A stretch of 61,806 bases of DNA, the filler included. It is 6 parts of 6 records of this genome, joined end to end, with 100 filler letters (N's around TTAATTAATTAA, not from the genome) between each part and the next. Parts side by side here need not be neighbours in the genome. Positions count along the whole stretch, not along the records: positions 52,649 to 61,806 come from DRR378314_1850; 5 more parts are not named here. One strand, given 5' to 3'. This document shows positions 52,680 to 61,806 of the stretch, in pieces. Each line of letters begins with the position of its first letter. Position 1 is the stretch's first letter. A program made the translations under genes and the position numbers. The notes below the pieces were generated by a model, which was given only the letters and a program-made list of their open reading frames with translations, searched no databases and was not told where the DNA came from.

Positions 52680-55088
52680 TTAGAACGTATAGCCCACACC
52701 CAAAATTAAATTGATTCCCGGCGCCACGATTCCGGAGGAATAGGAACGATATCTTTGATCCGTAAAATTTTCCAAATTTGCGGTAAATTTTAAGGCGTGG
52801 GAGAGTTGATACTGTGATCTAAAATTTAAGGTATACCAGGATGGGGAATAAGGATTGCCTTCCGCATCAACTGCATATATATAGTCCTTTGTTCTTTCGG
52901 ACATGGCCAAATCCCCAAAACTAATTTCTCCGTTAAAGTTGGCAAAGAGATCGGTTTTCAGTTTTTGGTTCTTCCAAACAATATGGAAATCGCCAAAAGT
53001 TGGAGCCACATGTCTACCCGGGGTATCCGTACCGTCCTGCTCTTCCTCTATCCCTTCTGTAAAGGTAAGGTTGGCGTTCACAGACAGGTTTTCGGTTAAA
53101 AAAGCGTCCAATCCAAATTCAAAACCATATACATAGGCCTTTGCCGCATTCTGTATTGCCTGGACATTATGTAATTCCCCATTGTACATAATTTCACTGT
53201 TCCCATTAAATTGAAAGTCCCGACGTACAAGGGCATCTACCAAATAAGTATAGAAGGAGGCTCCTTTTAACATAAGTCTATCATTAAAATTCTTCTGGAT
53301 TCCTACCTCCAAGTTATAGGCATACTCCGGCTCCAAATCTGGATTGGGAACTACCACGGACCCAGGTTCCGAATCAAATATCTTACCAACATCATCTATG
53401 TTTGGGGCCCTAAATCCTGTAGATCCATTGAAGGTCAACTGCAAATCCGCTTTTGGAAACCAACTAAATCCCAAACTTCCTGTTAAAGCCCCCGTACTAA
53501 GATCGGCATCATTAAAAGGAAAAGAATAAAAGGTTTGGTCAAAAATTGCATCGATCCAAACATGGCTATATCTAAGCCCGGAAAGAAAGGTAAAGTTGGG
53601 CTTGGCCCTTAGTTCACCACTAATATAGCCCGCAAGGGTTTGCCAGGTAGAATTGTCGGGGTACCTGGATGCACTAGGTGAGGTAACCATGGTCTCTATA
53701 TTAAACTCATTTCCTGCAGATCCAATTTTATTAAATACGTATTCCCCCCCATAGTAAAGCCTAAGATTTCCAATACGTTTATTTTCAAAATCGACGTTAG
53801 CAGAAATAGCATCCACATTCTCCTTGCTTCCATACCTTATATCATCCCCAAAACCCCTATCGTTCCTACTTTCCACAAAATTTTGATAGGCAGTGGTTAT
53901 TTTTAATCCATCATAGAACTTCCCCTTGCCGTTTTTATAAAATTGCAGGTTCCCCATAAACCATTTCTGAGGACCATAGGACCATTCCGCCGAACGTAGG
54001 CCAAGTCCATCCTTGGACGGTCTAATAAGCCTGTCATATCTGGAATAATCGGAAGTTTCTGAATAATATGCACTTAGATTTATATTCCAATTGCTATTGG
54101 GCCTAAAGAGCACTTTTTGCATTACATTGATTTGATCATACCCGGTGGGTACCTGCTTTTTGGCGTTATCATTTTCCTGCAACCTGTCCTGCCCATTTTC
54201 CGTAACCACGTAATTGTTCCTTAAGTAGGAATTTGGCCCATGGGAACCCATTTTAAGATCTCCAAAGTTATTATAGGTAAGGCTGCTCAAGAACGCCCAT
54301 TCCCTTTTGCCCAAATTGAAATCTACATGAACCGTATTTTCGTTATTCGCGGAAGAATACCTGTAATTTGATTTTCCGAAGACCTCTAAACTATCGGTCT
54401 TGGAAAATTGAGGATTGTTGGTGTAAAAATTCATGACCCCTCCAATGGCATCAGAACCGTAAATTACAGATCCAGGACCAAAAATCACTTCAGTACTCTT
54501 AATGGTAAAGGGATCTATTGAAATCACATTTTGAATATTACCCCCCCTGAATATGGCATTGTTCATGCGGACTCCGTCTACGGAAAGCAACAATCTATTG
54601 GTGGCAAAACCCCGTATCATAGGACTACCACCCCCAAGCTGACTTTTCTGGACAAAGACTTTGCCGCTATTTTGAAGGAGATCTGCCGAAGTTTGGGAAG
54701 CCGTAAACTCTATGGTTTTGGCATTCATCAGCGATATTTTCTGAGGAATGTCCTTTTTCTGCTGCTCCCATTTAGATATAGACATCACCACCTCATCCAA
54801 CTGCTCCGCAATCAAAGCCAGGTAGAGCTTTCCCTTTCTGACTGCGTGGGACTTGGTGCTTCTATAGTTTTGGTAGCCAATATGCGTGAAGGTGATCCGT
54901 TCGCCCAGATCAAATTTAGAAAGGTCACATTTGCCGTCAAAATCGGAAAGGACCGTTCTGGATTTATCCCAATTATAAACAATAACGTTGGGAATCGGCT
55001 GATGGTCTTCCTCGTCCAAAATAACAATTTCCTGCCCCAATGCACCTGTAAATATTAGGAGGACAACTATGAAAACTATTTTTTGCAT
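52680..55088 (-). CDS. TonB-dependent receptor
   Basis: Signal peptide, N-terminal extension, plug (GGGSPMIRG, GSDAIGGV), barrel ending in ...VGYTF. Confidence 0.92.
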   Translation of the reverse strand: MQKIVFIVVLLIFTGALGQEIVILDEEDHQPIPNVIVYNWDKSRTVLSDFDGKCDLSKFDLGERITFTHIGYQNYRSTKSHAVRKGKLYLALIAEQLDEVVMSISKWEQQKKDIPQKISLMNAKTIEFTASQTSADLLQNSGKVFVQKSQLGGGSPMIRGFATNRLLLSVDGVRMNNAIFRGGNIQNVISIDPFTIKSTEVIFGPGSVIYGSDAIGGVMNFYTNNPQFSKTDSLEVFGKSNYRYSSANNENTVHVDFNLGKREWAFLSSLTYNNFGDLKMGSHGPNSYLRNNYVVTENGQDRLQENDNAKKQVPTGYDQINVMQKVLFRPNSNWNINLSAYYSETSDYSRYDRLIRPSKDGLGLRSAEWSYGPQKWFMGNLQFYKNGKGKFYDGLKITTAYQNFVESRNDRGFGDDIRYGSKENVDAISANVDFENKRIGNLRLYYGGEYVFNKIGSAGNEFNIETMVTSPSASRYPDNSTWQTLAGYISGELRAKPNFTFLSGLRYSHVWIDAIFDQTFYSFPFNDADLSTGALTGSLGFSWFPKADLQLTFNGSTGFRAPNIDDVGKIFDSEPGSVVVPNPDLEPEYAYNLEVGIQKNFNDRLMLKGASFYTYLVDALVRRDFQFNGNSEIMYNGELHNVQAIQNAAKAYVYGFEFGLDAFLTENLSVNANLTFTEGIEEEQDGTDTPGRHVAPTFGDFHIVWKNQKLKTDLFANFNGEISFGDLAMSERTKDYIYAVDAEGNPYSPSWYTLNFRSQYQLSHALKFTANLENFTDQRYRSYSSGIVAPGINLILGVGYTF

Positions 55089-55089
55089 A

Positions 55090-55809
55090 TCAGCTAAAAA
55101 CTTCATTTAACACGGCCAATGACTTCGGTTTTCTAAATCCCTGCAAATGTAATTCAAAATAAAGGACAAGATTTTTCAAGAGCTCCTGACGGTTCTTTTT
55201 GTTAAGTTTAATAGTATGTATTGCATCAAAATTTATGCCCAAAAGCTCTTTAAAGTGTTTTAAATTCTCCCCTTCCACGATTGGGTTTAATGATGGCGCT
55301 TTTATAAACTCTCCTTCCAAAAGGTCAAAGTACATATAGTCCATATTATTGGTGTCCGGGTAAAAACCAAAATATTTGGTCAATGACAGTAAAAAATAGA
55401 GGTGAAAATTGGCAAATTCATCATGGGCATCCAACCACTGCAAGGCCGCTTCAATAAAATTGAACAGACCTTCATTGGCCTCTTCCTCATGAATACTATT
55501 GCCCAACATTTCTGCCAAAAAAAATGTTAGGGCATTCTTGGCAATATCCGTATGCAGGGACTGATAATGATAACTAACCTTGGCTTCGGTAATCCTTTCC
55601 AAGGTTCCCTTGTTCTTATGGGACGCAATCAGATCCAGTTGAAGCAAAGGCTGAAAGTAAGCAGTTTTCAACTTCCCTTTTTTTGAAACAAGAATCCCTC
55701 TCAATAGATAGGATTTTATTCCATCAGAAAAAGTAAATATCCGGACAATTAAACTGGTATCCCCATATTTAATAGATGTTAAAACAATTCCTTTGGTAGC
55801 AACCTGCAT
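55090..55809 (-). CDS. recO: DNA repair protein RecO
   Basis: KGIVL..IKYGDTSLIV, FQPL, GFYPD, KSLAVLNEVF. Confidence 0.92.
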   Translation of the reverse strand: MQVATKGIVLTSIKYGDTSLIVRIFTFSDGIKSYLLRGILVSKKGKLKTAYFQPLLQLDLIASHKNKGTLERITEAKVSYHYQSLHTDIAKNALTFFLAEMLGNSIHEEEANEGLFNFIEAALQWLDAHDEFANFHLYFLLSLTKYFGFYPDTNNMDYMYFDLLEGEFIKAPSLNPIVEGENLKHFKELLGINFDAIHTIKLNKKNRQELLKNLVLYFELHLQGFRKPKSLAVLNEVFS

Positions 55810-55827
55810 TACAAATATATCTTGGAA

Positions 55828-55835
55828 CAAAGATA
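55828..55835 (-). promoter_or_regulatory. Bacteroidota -7 promoter motif (TAnnTTTG) for recO
   Basis: TATCTTTG just upstream of the start. Confidence 0.55.
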
Positions 55836-55843
55836 ATACAAAG

Positions 55844-55876
55844 AGACCCTTAAGGTCATGAAAACCTTAAGGGTCT
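55844..55876 (-). terminator. terminator after gdhA
   Basis: 13-bp inverted repeat AGACCCTTAAGGT / ACCTTAAGGGTCT. Confidence 0.7.
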
Positions 55877-55944
55877 TGGAAATCACTTGGATTTCAATTT
55901 CAAATACTGGCCAATGCCGTGATACTTTGTAGACTTATTGAACC

Positions 55945-57288
55945 TTAAATTACTCCCTGCGCCAACATAGCGTCGGCAACTTTTACGAACCCGGCAATAT
56001 TTGCTCCTTTTACATAATTGCAATAGCCATCTTCTTCCATTCCATAATCTATGCAGGAATCATGAATATCCTTCATTATTTTTTGAAGACGTTCATCTAC
56101 CTCTTCACGGGTCCAACTAATACGCAATGAGTTCTGCGACATTTCCAAACCTGAAGTGGCCACCCCACCTGCATTGGATGCCTTTCCCGGAGCAAATAGT
56201 ATTCTAGCTTCATGAAAGGCATGTATTGCTTCAGGGGTCGATGGCATATTTGCTCCTTCGGCCACACAGATACATCCATTCTTTAGTAAAGTCTTGGCAT
56301 CATTCCCATCCAACTCATTTTGGGTTGCACACGGCAAGGCTATAGCGCATGGCACTTCCCAAGGCGTCTTTCCTTTATGGAATTCTGCAGAGGTATACTT
56401 ATCCAGATAATCGGATATTCTTCCTCGATTTTTATTTTTGATTTCCATAACGAAGGCCAGTTTTTCCTCATCAATACCCTCTTTGTCGTAAATATAACCG
56501 CCAGAATCCGAAAGGGTAACTACCTTACCTCCCAATTGGATTACTTTTTCAGCGGCATATTGGGCTACGTTTCCAGAGCCGGAAATAACCACGGTCTTCC
56601 CTTTAACATCATCCTTCTTGGATTGCAACATACTCTGGGCAAAATAAACGGTACCATATCCTGTTGCTTCAGGTCGTATTTTGGACCCCCCCCAAGAAAG
56701 ACCCTTCCCGGTCAAAACCCCGGTAAACTCATTTCTGATTTTTTTATACATCCCGAACAGGAACCCTATTTCCCTTGCACCAACACCTATATCGCCAGCA
56801 GGAACGTCCGTATTAGGTCCAATGTATCTACAAAGTTCCGTCATAAAGGCGTGACAAAAGCGCATTACTTCATCATCCGATTTTCCTTTCGGATCAAAAT
56901 CGGACCCTCCTTTTCCACCCCCCATAGGCAAGGTGGTTAGGCTATTTTTGAAAACCTGTTCAAAGGCCAGGAATTTTAGAACACTTGCATTTACAGTAGG
57001 ATGAAACCTAAGCCCCCCTTTATAAGGACCAATGGCAGAATTCATTTGAATCCTATATCCTCTATTTACATGTATTTCACCATCATCATCTACCCAGGAA
57101 ACCCTAAAGGAAATTAACCTTTCCGGCTCCACCATTCTTAATAATATATTCTTGCCATTGTAAATTTCATGATTACTAATGTAGGGAATAACTGTTTCTG
57201 CAACTTCTTGCACGGCTTGTATGAATTCCGGCTCATGGCTATTACGGCCTTTTACCTCATCCATAAAAGCATTTATCTTGTCTTCCAT
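55945..57288 (-). CDS. gdhA: glutamate dehydrogenase (NADP-type)
   Basis: GPYKGGLRFHP, GGGKGG, DVPAGDIG, EATGYG, EGANMP. Confidence 0.97.
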   Translation of the reverse strand: MEDKINAFMDEVKGRNSHEPEFIQAVQEVAETVIPYISNHEIYNGKNILLRMVEPERLISFRVSWVDDDGEIHVNRGYRIQMNSAIGPYKGGLRFHPTVNASVLKFLAFEQVFKNSLTTLPMGGGKGGSDFDPKGKSDDEVMRFCHAFMTELCRYIGPNTDVPAGDIGVGAREIGFLFGMYKKIRNEFTGVLTGKGLSWGGSKIRPEATGYGTVYFAQSMLQSKKDDVKGKTVVISGSGNVAQYAAEKVIQLGGKVVTLSDSGGYIYDKEGIDEEKLAFVMEIKNKNRGRISDYLDKYTSAEFHKGKTPWEVPCAIALPCATQNELDGNDAKTLLKNGCICVAEGANMPSTPEAIHAFHEARILFAPGKASNAGGVATSGLEMSQNSLRISWTREEVDERLQKIMKDIHDSCIDYGMEEDGYCNYVKGANIAGFVKVADAMLAQGVI

Positions 57289-57334
57289 AAAATGTGATTT
57301 ATTGCTAATTGTTGATAAATATTGAGTTTGAAGG

Positions 57335-57342
57335 CAAAATTA
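57335..57342 (-). promoter_or_regulatory. Bacteroidota -7 promoter motif for gdhA
   Basis: TAATTTTG on the minus strand. Confidence 0.55.
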
Positions 57343-57392
57343 TAGTATTTCTATAATGTAAACCCTATTTTTTTCAAAATTTGGCAAAATAT

Positions 57393-58547
57393 TTATTCTA
57401 TAGCCTGACGCAAATCCTCAATTAAATCTTCCTTATCCTCTATGCCCACACTAAGTCTAATTAAAGCATCTACCACTCCACCTTTTTCCCTTTCCTCCTT
57501 CGGAATGCTGGCATGGGTCATGCTGGCCGGATGCCCGGCCAAACTTTCCACCCCGCCCAAGGATTCCGCAAGGGTAAACAGCTCTAGTTTTTCAACAATT
57601 TTAATGGCATCTTGGAAATTGCCCCCTTTTGGAACAAAGGATATCATTCCCCCAAAATCCTTCATTTGGCTTTTTGCCACTTCATGATTGGGGTGATCAA
57701 TAAACCCAGGCCAAAAGACTTTTTCAATTTTTGGATGATTTGCTAAATATTCCGCCACCGCTCTTCCGTTTTCGCAATGTCGCTGCATCCTTACGTGCAA
57801 GGTTTTTATTCCCCTAAGTACCAAAAAGCTGTCCATTGGCCCGCACACGGCACCGCTTGCATTCTGAATAAAAGACAATTGTTCCGCGAGTTCCTTGTCT
57901 TTGACCACCAGAGCTCCCAGGACAACGTCGCTATGTCCCCCAAGATATTTTGTTGCCGAGTGCATTACAATGTCGGCCCCCAGATCCAAGGGCAGTTGCA
58001 GATAAGGCGTCGCAAAAGTATTGTCGACCGCCAGTAGAATTTTATGTTTTCTTGCCAATTGGGAAACCGACATAATATCAATAATATTCATCATTGGATT
58101 AGTGGGGGTCTCCACCCAAATAAGCTTGGTTTTAGCACCAATGTGTTTGACTATCTCCTCTGTATCCTGCATCCCAACAAAATGGAAAACGATGCCAAAT
58201 TTTTCAAATATTTTTTTAAAAATCCTATAGCTGCCCCCATAAAGATCACTGGTGGAAATAACCTCATCCCCAGGACTCAATAATTTAATAACGGCATCAA
58301 TAGCCGCCAATCCACTGCCAAAAGCCAAACCATAATTCCCGTTTTCAATACTGGCCAAGGAATTCTCCAGTGCCGTCCTTGTTGGATTGGCACTTCTGGA
58401 ATATTCGTATCCCTTATGACCGCCAGGTGTACTTTGGGCGTAGGTAGATGTCTGATAGATTGGGGGCATAACCGCACCATAGGCCTTATCGGGAGCCTGA
58501 CCTCCATGAATTGTCCTGCTATTGAATTTTAATTGTCTTTTACCCAT
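57393..58547 (-). CDS. cystathionine gamma-synthase/gamma-lyase family PLP enzyme
   Basis: PPIYQTST, YSRSANPTR, HSATKYLGGHSD, AESLGGVES; start MGKRQ at 58547. Confidence 0.92.
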   Translation of the reverse strand: MGKRQLKFNSRTIHGGQAPDKAYGAVMPPIYQTSTYAQSTPGGHKGYEYSRSANPTRTALENSLASIENGNYGLAFGSGLAAIDAVIKLLSPGDEVISTSDLYGGSYRIFKKIFEKFGIVFHFVGMQDTEEIVKHIGAKTKLIWVETPTNPMMNIIDIMSVSQLARKHKILLAVDNTFATPYLQLPLDLGADIVMHSATKYLGGHSDVVLGALVVKDKELAEQLSFIQNASGAVCGPMDSFLVLRGIKTLHVRMQRHCENGRAVAEYLANHPKIEKVFWPGFIDHPNHEVAKSQMKDFGGMISFVPKGGNFQDAIKIVEKLELFTLAESLGGVESLAGHPASMTHASIPKEEREKGGVVDALIRLSVGIEDKEDLIEDLRQAIE

Positions 58548-58564
58548 AACTAAATTTCTATACA

Positions 58565-58611
58565 CAAATGTACCTTTATCTTTTTGGGAATACAATGATA
58601 TTGTAGCTTTG
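58565..58611. promoter_or_regulatory. divergent Bacteroidota promoters
   Basis: TACATTTG (minus, 58565-58572) and TAGCTTTG (plus, 58604-58611). Confidence 0.55.
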
Positions 58612-58635
58612 CACCTATCTAAAGTTATTGCTTTT

Positions 58636-59379
58636 ATGAAGATTAGATTCGCCCATTTATTGCTCGTTTTATTTTTATGGAATTGTGAAAAGGATGATCG
58701 GCTCACTTTTGAACCCGTCGATTTTATAACTGAAAATTGTAACAGTTGTCCAAAGGTAACCATCCACATTCCGAGAGCTCTGGACGACAAGCCTATAAGC
58801 AACATTATAAACAGTTCTGTACAAGAAGAGGTAATATCCTTGCTTATTTATGATGATGAAATAGAAGCTACCAATATAGAGGAGGCTATCCAATCCTTTA
58901 AGAACGGATATTTGGAATTAAAAAAAATGTATCCCGATGAGCCGGTTGGCTGGGAAGCCGATATTGAAGGCAAAGTAACCTTTGAGGATAAAAATATACT
59001 GACCATTCAGGTCAATTCCTATTCCTTTACCGGTGGGGCACACGGTTTTTCCTCCACCCGATTTTTAAATTTTGATAAAGTAAAAGGCTTGGAAATGGAA
59101 ACCATGGAATTATTTAAGGATCCCTTGGAATTTCAAAGTTTTGCCGAGGCCAAATTTAGGAAACAAGAAAAAATTCCAGATACAGGCTCAATAAACGCCA
59201 CTGGGTTTATGTTTGAGGACGACATGTTTTACCTTCCGGAAAATATTGGGTTTACCCAAGAAGGCCTACAGTTGTTCTACGAACAATATGAAATTGCCTC
59301 CTATGCGGACGGCCCAATTATTTTAACCCTGAAATACCAAGAAATTGAGCCGTACATAAAATTTAAAAAGGAATTATAG
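58636..59379 (+). CDS. DUF3298/DUF4163 (RsiV/PdaC-like) lipoprotein
   Basis: Lipobox LWN-C, YSFTGGAHG, YEIASYADG. Confidence 0.8.
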   Translation: MKIRFAHLLLVLFLWNCEKDDRLTFEPVDFITENCNSCPKVTIHIPRALDDKPISNIINSSVQEEVISLLIYDDEIEATNIEEAIQSFKNGYLELKKMYPDEPVGWEADIEGKVTFEDKNILTIQVNSYSFTGGAHGFSSTRFLNFDKVKGLEMETMELFKDPLEFQSFAEAKFRKQEKIPDTGSINATGFMFEDDMFYLPENIGFTQEGLQLFYEQYEIASYADGPIILTLKYQEIEPYIKFKKEL

Positions 59380-59387
59380 TAGCGGCC

Positions 59388-59855
59388 TTAAGATACAAGC
59401 TTCATCAAGGATAAAATAGCCCCAAGATGAAGTCCTTCGTGATACACATTGAAAATAATGGCATCATCCACTGAGCTTAAGGTAACATTGGCACTGGTGG
59501 TATATTCCGTATAACCCTTAAATAGTCCTTTCCCATAGTCTTCTTGCATCCATTCAACAGTGGCCAATAACAAATCTGAAACTTCATTAATCTCCTCCTC
59601 TGTAGCAGTACCATCCGGCAAAGTGCCCTTCTTAAATTTTTCCACCAAGGCATCATTCACCCTCATAGGTTGTCCACTGAATTTATAGACCAATAGTTGT
59701 TGGGTAACCACCACATGGGCAATATTCCACCAAATATTGTTGCGGAAGCCTTTGGGAATTTGTAGAAGAACCTCCTTTGGAGTCTCCTTTAAAAATTTAT
59801 ATAGCCTTTTTCTGTTTTGAAGTGTTACTTCAAATGCGTTTTCCAAAGTTGACAT
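59388..59855 (-). CDS. DinB family protein
   Basis: IPKGFRNNIWWNIAH...YHEGLHLG. Confidence 0.85.
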   Translation of the reverse strand: MSTLENAFEVTLQNRKRLYKFLKETPKEVLLQIPKGFRNNIWWNIAHVVVTQQLLVYKFSGQPMRVNDALVEKFKKGTLPDGTATEEEINEVSDLLLATVEWMQEDYGKGLFKGYTEYTTSANVTLSSVDDAIIFNVYHEGLHLGAILSLMKLVS

Positions 59856-60061
59856 ATTTTTTGGTTATAATTTTTTTACAATTGCCGCTAAAAATAGTAC
59901 AATTCAATGTAATTGGGTTTCTTTGCAGGGCGAAAATATATGGAGGAACAGATTTACAGGATGAAACCGACATGATTAAAATAATCCTTTCCCTTGGCAT
60001 TCAATAGTTATTTTAATCATAAACGGTTACATGTGACCTCTAAATACAATAAAAAATACAC

Positions 60062-60415
60062 ATGAAAAAGATATTTCACCTGAGTACTTGTGATACCTGC
60101 CAAAGGATTTTAAAAGAGTTGGAACCACCCAGCAATTTTGTACTTCAAGATATAAAAAACGAGACTATTACACCGGACCAACTGGAAAGCATGGCCCAAT
60201 TGTCAGGGAGCTACGAAAGCTTGTTCAGTAAGCGGGCGCGACTTTATAAGGAGCGAAATTTAAAAGAACAAAAATTATCCGAAGAAGACTATAAAGACCT
60301 TATACTTGAGCACTATACCTTTTTAAAACGCCCGGTTGTCATTATTGACAACGATATTTTTGTGGGAAATAGCAAGGCTGTTGTGGCTGCAGCCAAAGCA
60401 AAAATTAATTCGTGA
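60062..60415 (+). CDS. ArsC/Spx/MgsR family protein
   Basis: CDTC N-terminal motif, LKRPV. Confidence 0.88.
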   Translation: MKKIFHLSTCDTCQRILKELEPPSNFVLQDIKNETITPDQLESMAQLSGSYESLFSKRARLYKERNLKEQKLSEEDYKDLILEHYTFLKRPVVIIDNDIFVGNSKAVVAAAKAKINS

Positions 60416-61305
60416 GTAGACGAACCCTTGCTATCTTGGCCGCCTTGGGGGCGACCACCATTTATGGCATAAACCACACCATTGCCAAGGGGGTGATGCC
60501 TACCTATGTAAAGCCATTTGGATTTATTTTCCTGCGACTTTTCGGGGCATCCTTGCTATTCTGGGGCATTTCTTTTTTCGGTCCCAAAGAAAAACTGGAA
60601 CGGAGGGACTGGGGCAGGTTACTCGTTTGTGCCTTTTTTGGAATGGGTATTAATATGCTTTCTTTCTTTAAGGGATTGGACCTTTCCACCCCAATCAATA
60701 GTGCTGTACTCATTACCATTACGCCAATCCTTGTTGTGATATTATCTGCACTATTTATCAAGGAAAAAATTACCCTTCAGCGGGGCATTGGTGTTTTCAT
60801 GGGCTTAATAGGAGCCTTGGCATTAATTTTATTTGGTGCTGAAATTAGACAGGATGCCACTAATATACCTTTGGGCAACATGCTTTTTATTGTTAATGCC
60901 ACTTCCTACGGGCTGTACCTTATTCTAGTAAAGAAATTACTGGAAAAATACCACCCGTTCACCCTTATGAAATGGATGTTTGGAATTGGGTTTGTAATTA
61001 CACTTCCCATAACATACACAGAATTTAAGGAGATACAATGGAGCCATCTTCCTGTGGAGGCCCTTGGTGCCATTGCTTTTGTAATCATTGGAACTACTTT
61101 TTTGACCTATCTGTTCAATGTATTTGCACTTACACAACTAAAGGCCTCAACAGTTGGTGTTTTTATGTACCTGCAACCCTTGATAGGAATTATATTTGCA
61201 ATTATGGCCGGCAAGGACCATCTTACTTTGGTTAAGTTTTTGGCAATAGTCTTGGTATTGATCGGTGTATATCTGGTAAGTAAGAAAGTTAGACCAGGTC
61301 CTTAG
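60412..61305 (+). CDS. EamA/DMT family transporter
   Basis: Multi-TM with two repeats, LFIKEKIT, YLQP; GTG start overlapping the upstream stop. Confidence 0.9.
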   Translation: MSRRTLAILAALGATTIYGINHTIAKGVMPTYVKPFGFIFLRLFGASLLFWGISFFGPKEKLERRDWGRLLVCAFFGMGINMLSFFKGLDLSTPINSAVLITITPILVVILSALFIKEKITLQRGIGVFMGLIGALALILFGAEIRQDATNIPLGNMLFIVNATSYGLYLILVKKLLEKYHPFTLMKWMFGIGFVITLPITYTEFKEIQWSHLPVEALGAIAFVIIGTTFLTYLFNVFALTQLKASTVGVFMYLQPLIGIIFAIMAGKDHLTLVKFLAIVLVLIGVYLVSKKVRPGP

Positions 61306-61765
61306 GACGCACCGAAAACTTACGGGTATCCTCTTTGGTAAGTACTTTAAATCCGTCTCCCTTTGGCACCTTATTAAAAGCCCCAAGAAACTCATGACCC
61401 AAACCGGTAAGGGTTCTTGTTTTTAAATCTATCCAAGCGCCCATAATCTGACAATGGGCAAAGTTCTTTCCATGGCCATCGTAAAAATTATGATGAAATT
61501 CAAAGAACATACCGTCCTCACTAAGTCCCACCAACTCCAAGGAAACTTTTACCGGCTTTCCTAAAAATGCTTCCTTAAAATAATAGACATGCTCATGGAA
61601 CACCACGGGACCAATATTGTTCTGCGACATTGTCTTTTGGTTAAAGCCTATTTCCAACAAGAAAGACATCCTTGTATGGCTCATAAAATTTAAATAGGCC
61701 GAATTGGCCATATGGCGATTGGCATCTACATCGCTCCATCGAATTTCGAATTCCTTTAAATACAT
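61289..61765 (-). CDS. acyl-CoA/ACP thioesterase (4HBT/YbgC hotdog family)
   Basis: IRWSDVDANRHMANSAY. Confidence 0.88.
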   Translation of the reverse strand: MYLKEFEIRWSDVDANRHMANSAYLNFMSHTRMSFLLEIGFNQKTMSQNNIGPVVFHEHVYYFKEAFLGKPVKVSLELVGLSEDGMFFEFHHNFYDGHGKNFAHCQIMGAWIDLKTRTLTGLGHEFLGAFNKVPKGDGFKVLTKEDTRKFSVRPKDLV

Positions 61766-61806
61766 CCTTTTTATTTAGTACATTTGAATTATTATGCATG
61801 CATAAT

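Noticed and set aside
58522..58805. Long head-to-head overlap of the transsulfuration gene and the DUF3298 gene in the ORF track
   Set aside because: Artefact of upstream alternative starts; starts at 58547 and 58636 leave a normal divergent promoter gap
59777..60007. 76-aa ORF between dinB and the ArsC-like gene
   Set aside because: Overlaps dinB antisense, non-ATG start, no motif

Overview
This window is not one locus. It is six unrelated contigs joined by artificial 100-nt linkers (N-run, TTAATTAATTAA, N-run), most likely from a marine metagenome or mixed culture; taxon calls are inferred from gene order and protein style. (1) 1-16333, Halomonas-like: leuD'-leuB-asd-fimV-truA-trpF-trpB-trpA-accD-folC-dedD-cvpA-purF-metZ, then cytochrome b561, yceI and a partial MATE gene. 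(2) 16434-30100 and (3) 30201-38994: the same orthologous locus from two different Roseobacter-group organisms (prfC', glycosyltransferase, DEAD-box helicase converging on rnj, coaX, birA and the distal nuo operon). (4) 39095-45298, probably Halomonas-like: a DUF4214 surface protein, a signal-peptide-less metallophosphatase/5'-nucleotidase fused to DUF4214, and a type I secretion ABC/MFP pair. (5) 45399-52548, Pseudoalteromonas-like: iscRSUA-hscBA-fdx plus a semialdehyde dehydrogenase, with heptamer arrays at both contig ends and a REP doublet. (6) 52649-61806, Flavobacteriaceae: TonB receptor, recO, gdhA, transsulfuration enzyme and small genes. Most of the content is housekeeping, and I saw no CRISPR array, tRNA, rRNA or transposase. 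The best leads are a structured 5' leader conserved upstream of both DEAD-box orthologs, the DUF4214/phosphatase/T1SS module with a possible Pho box, and a heptamer-repeat family around the isc operon. None is shown to be new without database searches.
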